From Octopus sinensis (taxonomy: Eukaryota), in NCBI RefSeq assembly GCF_006345805.1, contig NC_043001.1:34348001-34412000 (forward strand): a DNA stretch of 64,000 bases, given 5' to 3'. Below are positions 39,630-52,670 of the stretch, in pieces (positions within the stretch are counted from its first letter, which is position 1; each line of letters opens with the position of its first letter). The position numbers were made by a program, and so were the translations under genes. A model generated the notes under the pieces. That model had not been told where the DNA came from and did no database searches. It was given only the letters and a program-made list of their open reading frames with translations.

Positions 39630-39867
39630 ATATTTATCTTTTATTTGTTTAAGGCATTAGCTCGCGGCCATGCTGGGGCACTTCCTTGAAGAATTTTTGG
39701 TCGAATTAATCGATCCCAGTACTGATTTTTTAAAGACTTGGTACTTATTTTCTCGCCCGAACCGCTAAGCTGCGGGAACGTAAACACACCAGCACCGGTT
39801 GTCAATCGATGGTGGGGGATGATCATAAATATACACACACACAAGCACGCACGCACACACACATGCA

Positions 39868-39901
<34 letters not shown>

Positions 39902-40085
39902 GGTTTGTTTAGGTTCTCGTAACCTAGCAGTTCAACAAAAGTAGTGATAAGCTGTGTACCAAACTTTAAAAAGGGACAAAAGACAAAACGGAAGCACTGG
40001 GGATCGATTCGTCCGATTAAAACACTTAAAGCCGTTGCTCCAGCATGGCCGCAGCCCAGTGACTGAAACAAATAAAAGAAATTGT
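39630..40085. mobile_element. Two CORE-SINE 3' halves, back to back
   Basis: Minus copy 39630-39900 and plus copy 39901-40085. Confidence 0.75.
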
Positions 40086-41224
40086 ATAAATGTAATCCTT
40101 GGTATATAAACAGCTGGATTTGTCATGGATGGAACGACTGTGTTCAGGAGTATTCTCGATCAAGATAAGACGCCAGTTAAACTATTATAATAAGTCGTCA
40201 TGTGGCCGCTAGATTCGCTAGAAATAACGACCAAATCTCTTGTGTCACAGTGCTGTCTTTAAAAGAATGAGTTATATCAGATAATGTAGTCTGAGATATG
40301 AGATAAACTAAAAGAGAAAAAGAAGGGATGGCCATGGTTAGAATGGCTTTTATCATAAATCTGTACGATTAGGAACAACCTCAAGATAAGCATTTAATCA
40401 TAACTACAATATAATTATTGTTTCTAGCATAGGAGTAAGATTTGAAATTTGACGGTGGTGAGAAAGCGGTACTTTAGTACTTGATCGGCTCTTGATTTTA
40501 TCGACCCGAAAAGGATGTAAGACAAAGCTGGTCTCGGTGGGATTTGAAATTAAAATGTAAAGAGTAGTAATAAAATATGGCAAAGCATTTTGCCATTCAA
40601 CTGACTTACAACAGCCAAATAATTATTCACGCCTGTAGAATTGCAATTAACTAATTAATAGTAGTCAATGAAGATGTTTCAATATGGTCGTTGCCTATAC
40701 CAGAAATAGCAGTCAAATCTCTGTCAGATCAAATCCTGAGGACAATATAGTCTGGGGGCACACTTTACCCAGAATATATAAGGTGTAATAGCCATAGTAT
40801 GAATACCTTTGATTATTAGCCAACCGAGTCAGAGAAAACTTAAAGTCATGCACAACTACCCCATCACCAACACCCCATACCACCACCACCACCACCACCA
40901 CCACCATTAACAAAACAACAACAAGTTAAATAAAGTGACTATTTACTTATTACCTAATAGGTAACGGGAGCCAATCAACCGTAAAGAATAAATATAACAT
41001 TTTTCCTTTTGATCTTCGAAATTATTTTTGAAGGGAACTCAAAAATTTGCACCCAATCATTACTAAGTGCGTTTTTATGTATTTAAATAAGTAATCAAGA
41101 TAACGTTGATATTAGCACGAGAAGCTTAATTGAAATAATCGCTATTCCATCACATTTCTAAGTATGTCCACTTCGGCAAATATTAAACGAATTTCTGGTG
41201 TTTATTTCTAGATAGGATTTTGTC

Positions 41225-41440
41225 TTTTATCTGATATCTTTTACTTGTTTCGGTCATTGGAATGCAGCCCTGCTGGGAGACCACCTTGAAGGGTTTTAGT
41301 CCAACAAACCGACCTGCAGTACTGATATTATTCTATCAGCCATTCTTTTGTGGAAGCGCTAGGTTACGGAGACGTAAACGAACCAACGCTGGTTGTCAAG
41401 CGGTGGCGGGTGGTGTTGATGAAAACAGACACACAAATAC
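41225..41440 (-). mobile_element. CORE-SINE 3' half
   Basis: ttttacttgtttcggtcattgg...ggttgtcaagcgg. Confidence 0.75.
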
Positions 41441-41892
41441 TAAGACATAGACATTTATATAGATGAGGGTGCGCACACACACATGTACACACACATGCAC
41501 ACACACACATAAACACGCACGCACACGCATACACATACAGATCAATTGGACAGAGGACAGAAACGTGATACAGCATTTTAAAATGGGTTAAAGTTTCAAT
41601 ACAGTTAACAAACAAGAGCAAAGAGCAAAATGCAGTCTACCCACAAAAAAAGTGAGAAGCTGCCATCTTCGTGTAATCGTGGCACAATATGATTCCAACA
41701 AAACTTCTGTTCTTGGTTACTACTGTCTTGTACTTCCGAATGTGACCGTGAGCCTCTTTGGTGTTGCCCAAAGGAAGAAACGTCCGACGTTCTTATTGGT
41801 AGCTGAACTTTAACTGTTGATATGCTATTGGGTTGTTTATTATCCACTCTCTACCATTTTGTTCTCAATAAGGTCAAAACCCCGGTTGTCTA

Positions 41893-42318
41893 CCTATACA
41901 CATATAGTCTAGAAGCTATATACACATCGACTGGAGGCTATATACACATCGACTAGAAGCTATATACACATATAGACTAGAGGCTATATACACATCGACT
42001 AGAGGCTATATACACATCGACTAGAGACTATATACACATCGACTAGAGGCTATATACACATCGACTAGAGGCTATATACACATATAGACTAGAGGCTATA
42101 TACACATATAGTCTAGAAGCTATATACACATCGACTAGAAGCTATATACACATATAGACTAGAGGCTATATACACCTCGACTAGAGGCTATATACACATA
42201 TAGACTAGAGGCTATATACATATCGACTAGAGGCTATATACACATCGACTAGAGGCTATATACACATATAGACTAGAGGCTATATACACATAGAAGCTAT
42301 ACACACATCGACTAGAGA
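41893..42318. repeat. Minisatellite with interleaved 22- and 24-bp units
   Basis: tagaggctatatacacatcgac and tagaggctatatacacatatagac, roughly 18-19 units. Confidence 0.95.
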
Positions 42319-43984
42319 TTGTTCCAACACGTTTCGATATCATAAGGAAGTGTCCTCTATTTCTTTAGAACAGAGGAATTTTACCTTCCTTCTCGCTCTT
42401 TACTGGGTAAATTAGTCAAGCAATGATCCACAGGCCCATGTGACTTACTTCGTCTATGCCTTCTTTCCTTGGATTGGCTTCTATCAAGCAGTTCCTTGTG
42501 ACTTAGTAGCGTTTGCAAAGGATGAGTTGTTGTTGGTAGGTCTTTTGTTAATACCATTTAAATTTGCATTTTCAATCGTCAAATTTTCACTGTATTTATA
42601 ACTGCATGTTTGTTGATTGTCATTTTGATTATATTTGTCTATCTTTATTAAATTTGAAGACCCTATGCACTTCTAATATCCTTGAAGTTAGCACTTCCTA
42701 ATAAGGAAGACGAAAAATATAAGCTTGAAAAACACACATACTATAAAACAACTAATGTTAAAATGTTTTTCCTGATTTAGATAAATGGAATGGACATTCA
42801 TTTATTCGAAACCCCTTGAGTGTAAAAACTACCAAAGCAAAGCATTTTTTTTTCTAATTAAGTAATCCTGGAAAATATCTCTTTAAGCTGTGTTCTGTGG
42901 AATTGTGTGCGTCTACTGCGTCTACTTCAAACATCAACGACAACAAACTCGAAAAACAACAATAGATAAATAATTATTTTATATGTGCTAAATATCTGGC
43001 AGCTCTCCCTTTAGGGTCACTAAACAACAACCTCTGCAAAAGGGGACGGACTATAATTAGCAAGGATGTTCACTTTTGGGTCTGCACTGAGTGGTAAAAT
43101 GTCAACTAAATAAATAAACTGAAATAAAGATATAGTATAACATTGATCTACTTTAATGTTTAGTGATATTGTTTTTGTTGCTGTTGTTACAGTCGTTGCT
43201 GTCGCCATTCCTTTGACATCATCGTTGCCATTAATGTCGCCATTGACGTCACATTAAATGGCTTAAAAATTCAATGAAAAGAAAACAATTTTCAACTTTT
43301 TAAACTGACGAAACAGAAATATTAGAATAGAACATTCTAAAAAGCAAACGCTATTGTTGAAATGACAGCAAAGAGATGCTTGAATGATGTATTTTATTTT
43401 AGAGTGACTATATTCTAAGTTAATACTCACATGATAGCCTTGTTTACATGGAACAAATGTCAAAGTACACACACACACGTACACACACACACACACACAC
43501 ACGTACACACACATACACACATACACACACAAATTTGAGTATTTGTGTGTGAAAATATGGAACAGCCTTCCTTGTAAGAGTGCTGTATTTGCAACTCATC
43601 GAATAGAACATAACTTTTACCACACGTAAGCTCAAACTCAAAACTAAAATGCATTGCACATTAATATGAAAAGTCTGCTTACTCACAAGAGGCCATAAAC
43701 GAGTAAGCCACCGAAAGTACTTCAGACGACCAATGTAATGTACAACTTTTAATGCAAGCATGACAGTTGTAAACATCCTCAATCAAATTACTACACTGGA
43801 CACACATGTACAGCACTTTGTCATCAGTTAACTATGTATTTACAATAAAGAATCATTGTAAAACGTTGTTATACAGTACATAAAATAAACTTGATAGAAA
43901 AACACTAAACTCTGGAAGCCATACTAATAGCAAAATGCAAACCTAATTAAATGCATTAAACATATAAAGACATACAGTTCTATA

Positions 43985-44330
43985 TTTAAGAGGACTAAAC
44001 AAAGGTCTCAACTTTGCGACAACCATCAAACGCATTCCGTACTTGGACATAATAGCCCCTATTGAAGTCATAAAGATACCAAAAGCCCAGGGAAATGAAC
44101 TAAGGTGGAAATTGAGACAAGTACTATAAAAAGCGAAACTTCCCAAACCAAACATCACTAAGGAAGAAGAGTTCGCTAGCAAAAGACTACAGAGTGACAA
44201 TTCCATCATAATACTTCCAGCGGAGACGGGAAATGCTACAGTGGTGATGAACAAATCTGACTACTCTGAAAAATTGGCAAGTTTTATAAGTGATGGTAGC
44301 TACAGCAAAGAAAAAGACCCAACTCTGAAG
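43985..44330 (+). pseudogene. PLE reverse transcriptase N-terminal fragment
   Basis: LNKGLNFATT...LRQVL*KAKLPKPNITKEE...SDNSIIILPAETGNATVVMNKSDYSEK...KDPT, the LPADKGNATVVM motif, with one stop. Confidence 0.9.
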
Positions 44331-44842
44331 AACTACATTATTTAATGTGTCCCTTGCTTGAAACTACAGAGTATAGTTTGAAGGAATTTTACTGCAAAAT
44401 GTAGCAGGACTAACTATCACATATAAGCTCCCTTGTTGGCTGGTAATTCAATATATTGCTGACTTCATTTTAATATGGAGGAAACATGAGCTTTATCAAG
44501 CTGTTTTACTCTAGTCATACTCTGCATGAAAGCAAAGTTTCACTTATGACACCTATCATTCTAGGTACAATACGTATTAAAAAATTTGATTTATTTAGTT
44601 TCTTTTTGCATGAATTCAATGTTATCTGACATCACGGAACATATATGTGCTTGTAAAAGACGAAATAACGTAAATTTACTAAGACCCGAAGCAAATCTGG
44701 AATAAAGGGAGTATGTCACGGATACAGTTGTGAATGGTGACAAAAAGACTTTGACAAACGAGTCGATTGACTAACTGGCTGACGATTAATCAATCAAACA
44801 ATCAATTAACTAATTGGTTAAATGGTTTAACTAATTGATTAA

Positions 44843-45095
44843 TGTGGAGGCGCGTGTTTTAGTGGCTAGGGTGTCAGCAGCACGATCGTAAGATTGTGGT
44901 TTCGATTCCACGACCGGGCGACGCGTTGTGTTCTTGAACAAAACACTTCAATTCACGTTGCTCCAGTCCACTCAGCTGGCAAAAATGAGTAACGCTGCGA
45001 TGGACTGACGTCACGTCCAGCTGGGGAACACATACTCCATTGAAACCGGGAAACCGGGCCCATGAACCTGGCTAGGCTTTAAAAGGGCGCATTTA
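44843..45095 (+). mobile_element. V-type tRNA-derived SINE
   Basis: tRNA-like head, gtgttcttgaacaaaacacttc...ctccagtccactcagctgg...gcgatggactgacgtc. Confidence 0.8.
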
Positions 45096-46183
45096 TTTTT
45101 ATTTTTAATTGATTAATAATAATACAAGTGAAATAGAACAAGTACATGTGCTTATTACTGACATAATAACCCTCCCGAGATATAATATGCTAACAGTTTT
45201 CTAGTATTTTTTATCACCATTTGAAACGACTACACTTGCCACTTTTAGTAGCAGGAACATTGCAGAAGCGACAGATGGGTCGTTAATATACCTTACTTAC
45301 TTCAAACACCCAGATATCTATCCAGCACCCCTTTAGTAAGTGTTCTTGTTAGATCGAGTGTTATTCGTATCTTCCAGCGGATTTTCCAACACTCTTCTGC
45401 AGTTAGATGCACTGTAAGTTGTAATATAGATAAGCTGGACAATTTCTTTTTGGTATTAGCATATTAACTGTTGCAAGAAACGATGTACCGCAGAGCTTAG
45501 TTTGTATAAGTCTAGTGTGATCTTAGGATTGGTAAAACTACGTTACGTTTAGCTGGCTTTTGTTTTGAAATCTTTCATCCTACATAAACTTGTGTTTATT
45601 TGAAATTTTATTGTAGACTACATGACGACTTTCTAGTTTATGAGTATATGGCGAAATACAGCGTAATATGCATTTGGTCCGTTGGATTTCTGGCTACTTG
45701 TATTTTATGTATTTATTTTGTAGCTTTGTCGTGGTAATACAGTATTATACAAGAATATAAAGACTATTTCAAAAGTACTAAATCCTTGGAAGAAAAACTA
45801 ATAAAACACTTTTGATGAAACTACGATAGTAACGGACAATGTATGTTTAAAAATAAGATGAGCGAAATACGAATGATATATGATATAGCCATGAAAGTAC
45901 TAATGTTAACAAGTACTGAACGCTATAACCTTTGTCAATTTATTTAAAATTTGGTATATTTGGAATACAGCAATAACAGTGTTGGACAGTTTGAATAGAG
46001 TAATAAATATGATGTCCCGTAACTTAGTGATTCGAAAGCGCAAATGGCCTGATGGATTCTGGTGGTAATTACAGAGAAGCCGAGTAAAAGTGGAGTCGGT
46101 AAGAGAGCGACATTTAGTGTTGCTTTGGAAATACTGCCGGTGGTGTGTCTCTCGGTAGCTGATGTTTCAGTTACTTTTATATA

Positions 46184-47419
46184 TAAGGTAGTATCAAAAC
46201 GTTCCCGGAGTAGCGCGCCAATATGTGGCAGCACATAGTTGCTAACTGTGACCTCCTTTAGGCTGTGTACCGTGTGACATCGCTGTATTTACTTCGAAAG
46301 TTGTGAAATTTGTATTTTTTGAGCACGTGTATGCTGTAGTCTGTGATTTTTGTTATGGACAGGAAGTTGGAAGAAAGAGCCAACGTGAAATTTTGCGTTA
46401 AAATTGGGAAGTCTGCTATAGAGACATTGAGCATTCTTCGGCAAGCTTACGGCGATGAGGCAAGGGATCGTGCACAAATGTTTCGAGTGTTACGGGTGCA
46501 CGACAGAGCCACAGCTCAATCAAGTGCATGTTCATCGTTTATTCGATATCCGCGTTATTGTGTTTCGAGAATGGATGGAAGCACTCCGTCGGTTACGACG
46601 ACGAGGGTTCCGGTTGATCCGAATCAACGGAACAGCCTGCTCGTGAAATTAACGTGTAAGTGGCTGAACACTCCACAGACACGTGCACCCTTAACGTAGT
46701 TCTCGGGGATATTCAGCGTGACACAGAGAGTGACAAGGCCGGCCCTTTGAAATACAGGTACAACAGAAACAGGGAGTAAGAGTGAGAGAAAGTTGTGGTG
46801 AAAGAGTAGAGCAGGGATCACCACCATCCCCTGCCGGAGCCTCGTGGAGCTTTAGGTGTTTTCGCTCAATAAACACTCACAACGCCCGGTCTGGGAATCG
46901 AAACCGCGATCCTACGACCGCGAGTCCGCTGCCCTAACCACTGGGCCATTGCGCCTCCGTTTCGAGAATACGTCCCACAGGGCCATGCTGTCAATGGAGA
47001 ATTTTATTGCGATGTTGTAAAGCCTTTGAGGGAGGACACTCAGCGTAAGCAACCGGATTTGTGGAGCTTGAAGAATTGGATTCTTCACGACGACAATGCC
47101 CCTTGTCATCGAGCTCTCCTTATTCTTGGGTTTCTCGTCAAAAACAACATAGTATCTTTTCCGCACCCATCCTAATCGCCAAATTTAGCACCGGCGGGCT
47201 TCTGTCTCTTCCCTAAGATGAAAAATGCAACTGAAAGGTCGCCGTCTTAAAGTTGTCCTCGACTTGCTTTTGGAAAACAACTTCAAGGCGGAATGCCCAA
47301 AGTGGCAGGAACACTATGACTGGTGTCGTACTTCGAAGGCGATGATGTTAAAAATTAAGTAAATAAGCTATTCTTTTTATCAAACATAACTAGTCCGGGA
47401 ACCTTTTGACACCACCTCG
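46184..47419 (+). mobile_element. Internally deleted mariner transposon interrupted by a SINE
   Basis: TIRs (taaggtagtatcaaaacgttcccggagtag versus reverse complement of ctagtccgggaaccttttgacaccacctcg); MDRKLEERANVKFCVKIGKSAIETL..., EYVPQGHAVNGEFY, WILHDDNAPCH, PHPS*SPNLAP. Confidence 0.95.
46573..46958 (-). mobile_element. tRNA(Arg-like)-derived SINE with RTE-like tail, full length
   Basis: Head ggaggcgcaatggcccagtggttagggcagcggactcg; 11-bp TSD gtttcgagaat at 46562-46572 and 46959-46969. Confidence 0.92.
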
Positions 47420-48899
47420 TATGTTTTGTCCTAGTGGGAGTGATAGTGCTTGTAGGATGTTGTTCAAATAGTATGGTGTATAGGTATTTAAGTGTTCGAG
47501 AGTAGATTCTCATGCTGTGACATTGAACACGATGTTGATAATGCGAAGCTTAATGTATCAAAAATCTATGCCCTTCTTTACCCAGGCGGCCAGTGTGTTT
47601 TAATGTCTTTATTCCGTTGTGCAGATGATCTATGGTTGTGGTCTGTGAACAGCCTGTGACCATATGTAATGAACTGTATTGTGTTACTGTGTAATTTGTT
47701 TGTTCTTGTGATTTGTTATGGAGTGATTAAGTGCTCAGATGTGACAAGCATTGTCCACAATAAATCTAATGTATTGTTTGTAAATCATTGTTAGTAATCA
47801 CTTATTGGAACATCGTATTTCATTGTGCAACCACAGTATACTGCCAAGAATATTAAAGGCTTTATAAGTCAACACAGAGTCCTACTGCGATAGCAGTGCT
47901 ATTAAATCACTTTTTAAGTTTATCTTGGCAGATTTTCTAAAGAAATCATGGCCAGTATTGATTTATTACGACATTTCGTATCCGAATACGCCTAATGTAA
48001 ACAATGCAATCGAAGATGAAAATAAATAATAAAAAACGGTAATCGGTGTATATGCATATTTCGGGAGTTCTTGCTATTTCTTCAGTACCATCTGTATCAG
48101 ACGAGGTGTCCAGTACCGGAGAGTGGCAGAAATAGCCTGAAACCAGGACCGGTCTACTGGTCCCGTCGCTAGAAGGTGGTAAGGGTTTACTCACCCTGCT
48201 CACAATTTATCGGTTGTAGCTCTGTATCATTAACTAGCTAGAGGAGATGTCCTCTTGGGGTTAAAAAATCGCAGTAAAGTCCATCCAAACGGACAGCCAT
48301 GTTGAAGTGGTTACGAATATTACCATTCTTATTGTTTTTTTCTATTGACTTAATGTGGGGTCTGTGCCTAATCTAAGTATGTTTGTAAGGCGTTTTATTT
48401 TCTGTACTGTCTATCTTGTCGAGGCATATAAACTTCCTAGAATATTTGTTTACTGTATACGAGGTATGCTTATATTAGTGAGTTCCTCGGTGTTGCTGGT
48501 AAGAAAGAAAGGTGAGAATATAGCAGATGCTATTCCAATTCTGTTGCATCGAAGCCAGGATTTCTGAGGTCTTAAGTAAAGTTGGAGTAGTTGTGCAACA
48601 GTGTGCGGAGAAAGGTAGGTTAATGTGGATAGTTGTTGTTGCTGTTGTTATTTAGTTTCAGTCAGTCCTGATCAAACAGACCAATGACCAGGACAGCCCT
48701 GACCATCCCACGATTTTCTAGACAAAGTTCATCTAAGTGTGTATTACCAATCAATCAATATGTATACTCACATGAATAAAAAAGAGACAGACAGACAGAA
48801 AAAAGAAAATTGTCCATTGCATTTGAAAACTATGGAAATATTAGAAAAAGAACATATTTCATTTAATTTTTCCACAATTTAATTTTTTTCATGTTTAGT

Positions 48900-49240
48900 A
48901 GAGGACAAGTGTCCGAGGTGCCACGCACTGGAACTGAACCCGGAACCATGTGGTTGGGAAGCAAGGTTCTTACCAACAGCAACACGTGCGCCTACACACA
49001 CACAAACACACATATATTTCTTTACTACCTAGAAGGGGTTAAACACAGAGGGGACAAACAAGGACAGACAAACGGATTTAGTCGATTACATCGACTCCAG
49101 TGCGTAACTGGTACTTAATGTATCGACCCCGAAAGGATGAAAGGCAAAGTCGACCTCGGCGGAATTTGAACTCAGAACGTAACGGCAGACGAAATACGGC
49201 TACGCATTTCGCCCAGCGTGCTAACGTTTCTGCCAGCTAA
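48900..49240 (-). mobile_element. CORE-SINE head fragment plus Meta-type SINE
   Basis: gaacccggaaccatgtggttgggaagc; gaaaggatgaaaggcaaagtcgacctcggcgg. Confidence 0.85.
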
Positions 49241-49266
49241 CACACACACATACACACACACAAACA

Positions 49267-49304
<38 letters not shown>

Positions 49305-49738
49305 CGCACATATGTGTGTGTCGGTGTGTCTGTATTGTGAGACAGTGTGAGGGAGAAAGAGAGAAAGTGAGAGAGTATATCAAGAAGAAATATGCAGGAG
49401 AAAAATGGACAGAAAGATGACGTACGTGAAAATGCAATCTAAAAAAAAATCATATACACGGTAGGACACCAGTATATACAAACATGCACGTATCATACAA
49501 AACGCACACATACACAGAGGCACACAGACACACGCAAATACCCGTGTATGTGTGCGGTTCGTAAATGATTCTTATAAAAAAAAAAGCTGAAAATGCGCAC
49601 GCGTGGTAATTTAGACACCTTTGACGTAAAAGGAAAACAAATGCAGCTGGGAAAATTCAGGTTTGGAGGATAGACAGATTGATGAATGGACGTAATCTTA
49701 CCACACATATTTATGTGCAAAGCTAGGAAAGATATATA

Positions 49739-49807
<69 letters not shown>

Positions 49808-49811
49808 TACA

Positions 49812-49857
<46 letters not shown>

Positions 49858-49947
49858 CATATATATCATACATACATACACACATACATACATACATACA
49901 TATATATATATATATATCGTTATTATACACACATATTTATGCATATA

Positions 49948-49979
<32 letters not shown>

Positions 49980-49996
49980 CATATATACATATATAT

Positions 49997-50101
<105 letters not shown>

Positions 50102-50132
50102 ATATATATATATTAATTTATTATATAGAAGG

Positions 50133-50183
50133 AGCTTCTACAGGACTAGAACTGTTTCATTCAAGAGAAATCTTCAGGAAGCT
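50133..50183 (-). ncRNA. Type I hammerhead ribozyme, intact copy
   Basis: AGCTTC CTGAAGA T-TTC-tctt-GAA-T GAAA CAG-ttctagtc-CTG TA GAAGCT: 6-bp stem I, 4-bp stem III, GUA triplet. Confidence 0.75.
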
Positions 50184-50631
50184 AGTTAACAAGAATTGTA
50201 TTGGCATTTATACATTTAGGCAGGTTTAAAGGGGTGTTGGTGGGGGACTTTTTGGGGGTAGGCATAGCGCAAAATATCATACTTGGGGGAGTGGTCAAGG
50301 AGTCAGTGTTAAATTAGATAGAAGAATAAATAAAAAAATAAAAAAATATAAAAAAATATATATAAAAAAAAGGGAATAGAGTTTTAGGTAAATAAGGAGA
50401 TTCTCACTTATACCTATGCACATATGTATAAAACTCTATTCCCTTTTTTTAATATATATTTTTTTATATTTTTTAATTTTTTTATTTATTCTTCTATCTA
50501 ATTTAACACTGACTCCTTGACCACTCCCCCAAGTATGATATTTTGCGCTATGCCTACCCCCCAAAAGTCCCCCACCAACACCCCTTTAAACCTGCCTAAA
50601 TGTATAAATGCCAATACAATTCTTGTTAACT

Positions 50632-50682
50632 AGCTTCCTGAAGATTTCTCTTGAATGAAACAGTTCTAGTCCCGTAGAAGCT
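50632..50682 (+). ncRNA. Type I hammerhead ribozyme with one stem III mismatch
   Basis: Same sequence as 50133-50183 but with C at 50673, giving an A.C pair in stem III. Confidence 0.65.
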
Positions 50683-50783
50683 CCTTCTATATAATAAATT
50701 AATTTTACTCTGCTATGTATTGAGTACCTTATTTACTGTGGTTAACCCCGAATCAACCCGGGACCTATATATATATATATATT

Positions 50784-50833
<50 letters not shown>

Positions 50834-51524
50834 ACTATACATGTATGTACATTTATAGATGTACATGCACATACATGGACATACATACATATATATAAAT
50901 ATGTATATATATATACACACACATATATTTACACGTGTCTTTCTTCCTATCTCTCTTTCTATACATATATACATATACATATACATGCATTCAGACAGAC
51001 AGCCAGACATACGTATAATATGTTTAAACGGGAAAAATGTAAGATAAAAATAGGATAGGTTGATAGCTAATTCGATGGCTAAAATGATAGATACGTAGAT
51101 AATGAGTCCCTTATTCTTTACACAAATATATTTACCGTGAGAGATTCTAAACTGGGGTAAGTGTGAAACAAACCACTCCTTCCCACATTACTTCAACTTC
51201 ACTTCACTTTTTCTACAACTGCAAGAAATTTAAGATAACCAAATTCTTTCCTTGAAGATGTAAATCATTAGAGCTAGCTGAGAACCATTCGAAACTGCAA
51301 TATCTGCCAATCTCTTCACACCGTATGGTGTTAAGAAATAAAATATGCATGTTGAAGTTTTCTACAGTCTTTGTATTGTTACTGTTGAAAGTTGGTCCCA
51401 GCTTCTTCCCTTATTACGTATGATAGCAGGCGTTCTAGTTGCAGACATTTTTATCTTCCTTAATCTTTGTTTCTTTTAAAAAAGTCTACATTACACTACG
51501 GGCGCAGGCGTGGCTGTGTGGTAA

Positions 51525-52281
51525 GATCGACTCCAGTACGTAACTGGTACTTAATTTATCGACCCCCGAAAATATGAAAGGTAAAGTCGCCCTCGACGGA
51601 ATTTGAACTCAGAACGTAAAGACAGACGAAATACCTATTTCTTTATTACCCACAAGGGGCTAAACACAGAGCAGACAAACAAGGACAGACGTAGGTATTA
51701 AGTCGATTATATCGACCCCAGTGCGTAACTGGTGCTTAATTTATCGACCCCGAAAATATGAAAGGTAAAGTCGCCCTCGACGGAATTTGAACTCAGAACG
51801 TAAAGACAGACGAAATACCACTAAGCATTTCGCCCGGCGGGCTAACGTTTCTGCCAGCTCGCCACCTTATCATATTGGAATATTATTTTCTACTCTAGGC
51901 AGAAGGCCCTAAATTTTCGGGGAAGGGGAAGTCGATTAGATCTACCCCAGTATACAACTGGTACTTAATTTATCGACCCCGAAATGATGAAAGGCAAAGT
52001 CGACCTCGTCGGAATTTGAACTCAGAATGTAAAGACAGACGAAATGCCTATTTTTTATTACCCACAAGGGGCTAAACATAGAGGAGACAAACAAGGACAG
52101 ACAAACGGATTAAGTCGATTACATAGACCCCAGTGCGTAACTGGTACTTAATTTATCGACCCTGAAAGGATGAACAGCAAAGTCGACCTCGGCGGAATTT
52201 GAATTCAGAACGTAACGGCAGACGAAATACGGCTACGCATTTCGCCCGGCGTGCTAACGTTTCTGCCAGTTCGCCACCTTA
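51525..52281 (-). mobile_element. Tandem array of four Meta-type SINE units
   Basis: Repeated aactggtacttaatttatcgacccc...gaatttgaactcagaacgta; a CORE-SINE head (51461-51524) abuts it. Confidence 0.9.
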
Positions 52282-52634
52282 GATAGTGAATTTATTGTCT
52301 TGCTTATTTTCTCTGGAAAACGTTTTTAAAAGCACCAAACTCTTTTTCAGTCTATTTCCCAGATTCCAATCAAAAATGGAGCTAAATAAATTTGAATTAT
52401 AAACAAAAAGGTCAAATCCACTCCAGTCTTCTTTGTATATATTTGAGTGTTAAATGATGCATCACAGGTGCTAAGGAGGTGTGGCACGAAATTTTATTAA
52501 TACAACTTAAGGTTTTAGAAAATCATATTAATGTTTCAGTGTCTTGATAAACATGTTACGGTTTAGTTATTTATCTTATTTCGAATATTTCACTACTCTC
52601 TTTCCTTTCCTTCCTTCCTTTCCTTCCTTCATTT

Positions 52635-52670
<36 letters not shown>

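Larger units (their letters stand above)
50113..50702. mobile_element. Near-perfect palindrome of two PLE-type termini with 274-bp arms and a 42-bp spacer
   Basis: 50113-50386 is the reverse complement of 50429-50702 with about 4 mismatches by manual count. Confidence 0.9.

Noticed and set aside
43013-43092. Candidate plus-strand exon SLNNNLCKRGRTIISKDVHFWVCTE
   Set aside because: Plausible splice sites but no homology or partner exon
45595-45675. ttatga...cgaaatacagcgta as a hammerhead
   Set aside because: No CUG core and no U16.1
48085-48240. GC-richer unique segment with splice-like sites on both strands
   Set aside because: All plus frames contain stops; the minus candidate is only 43 bp
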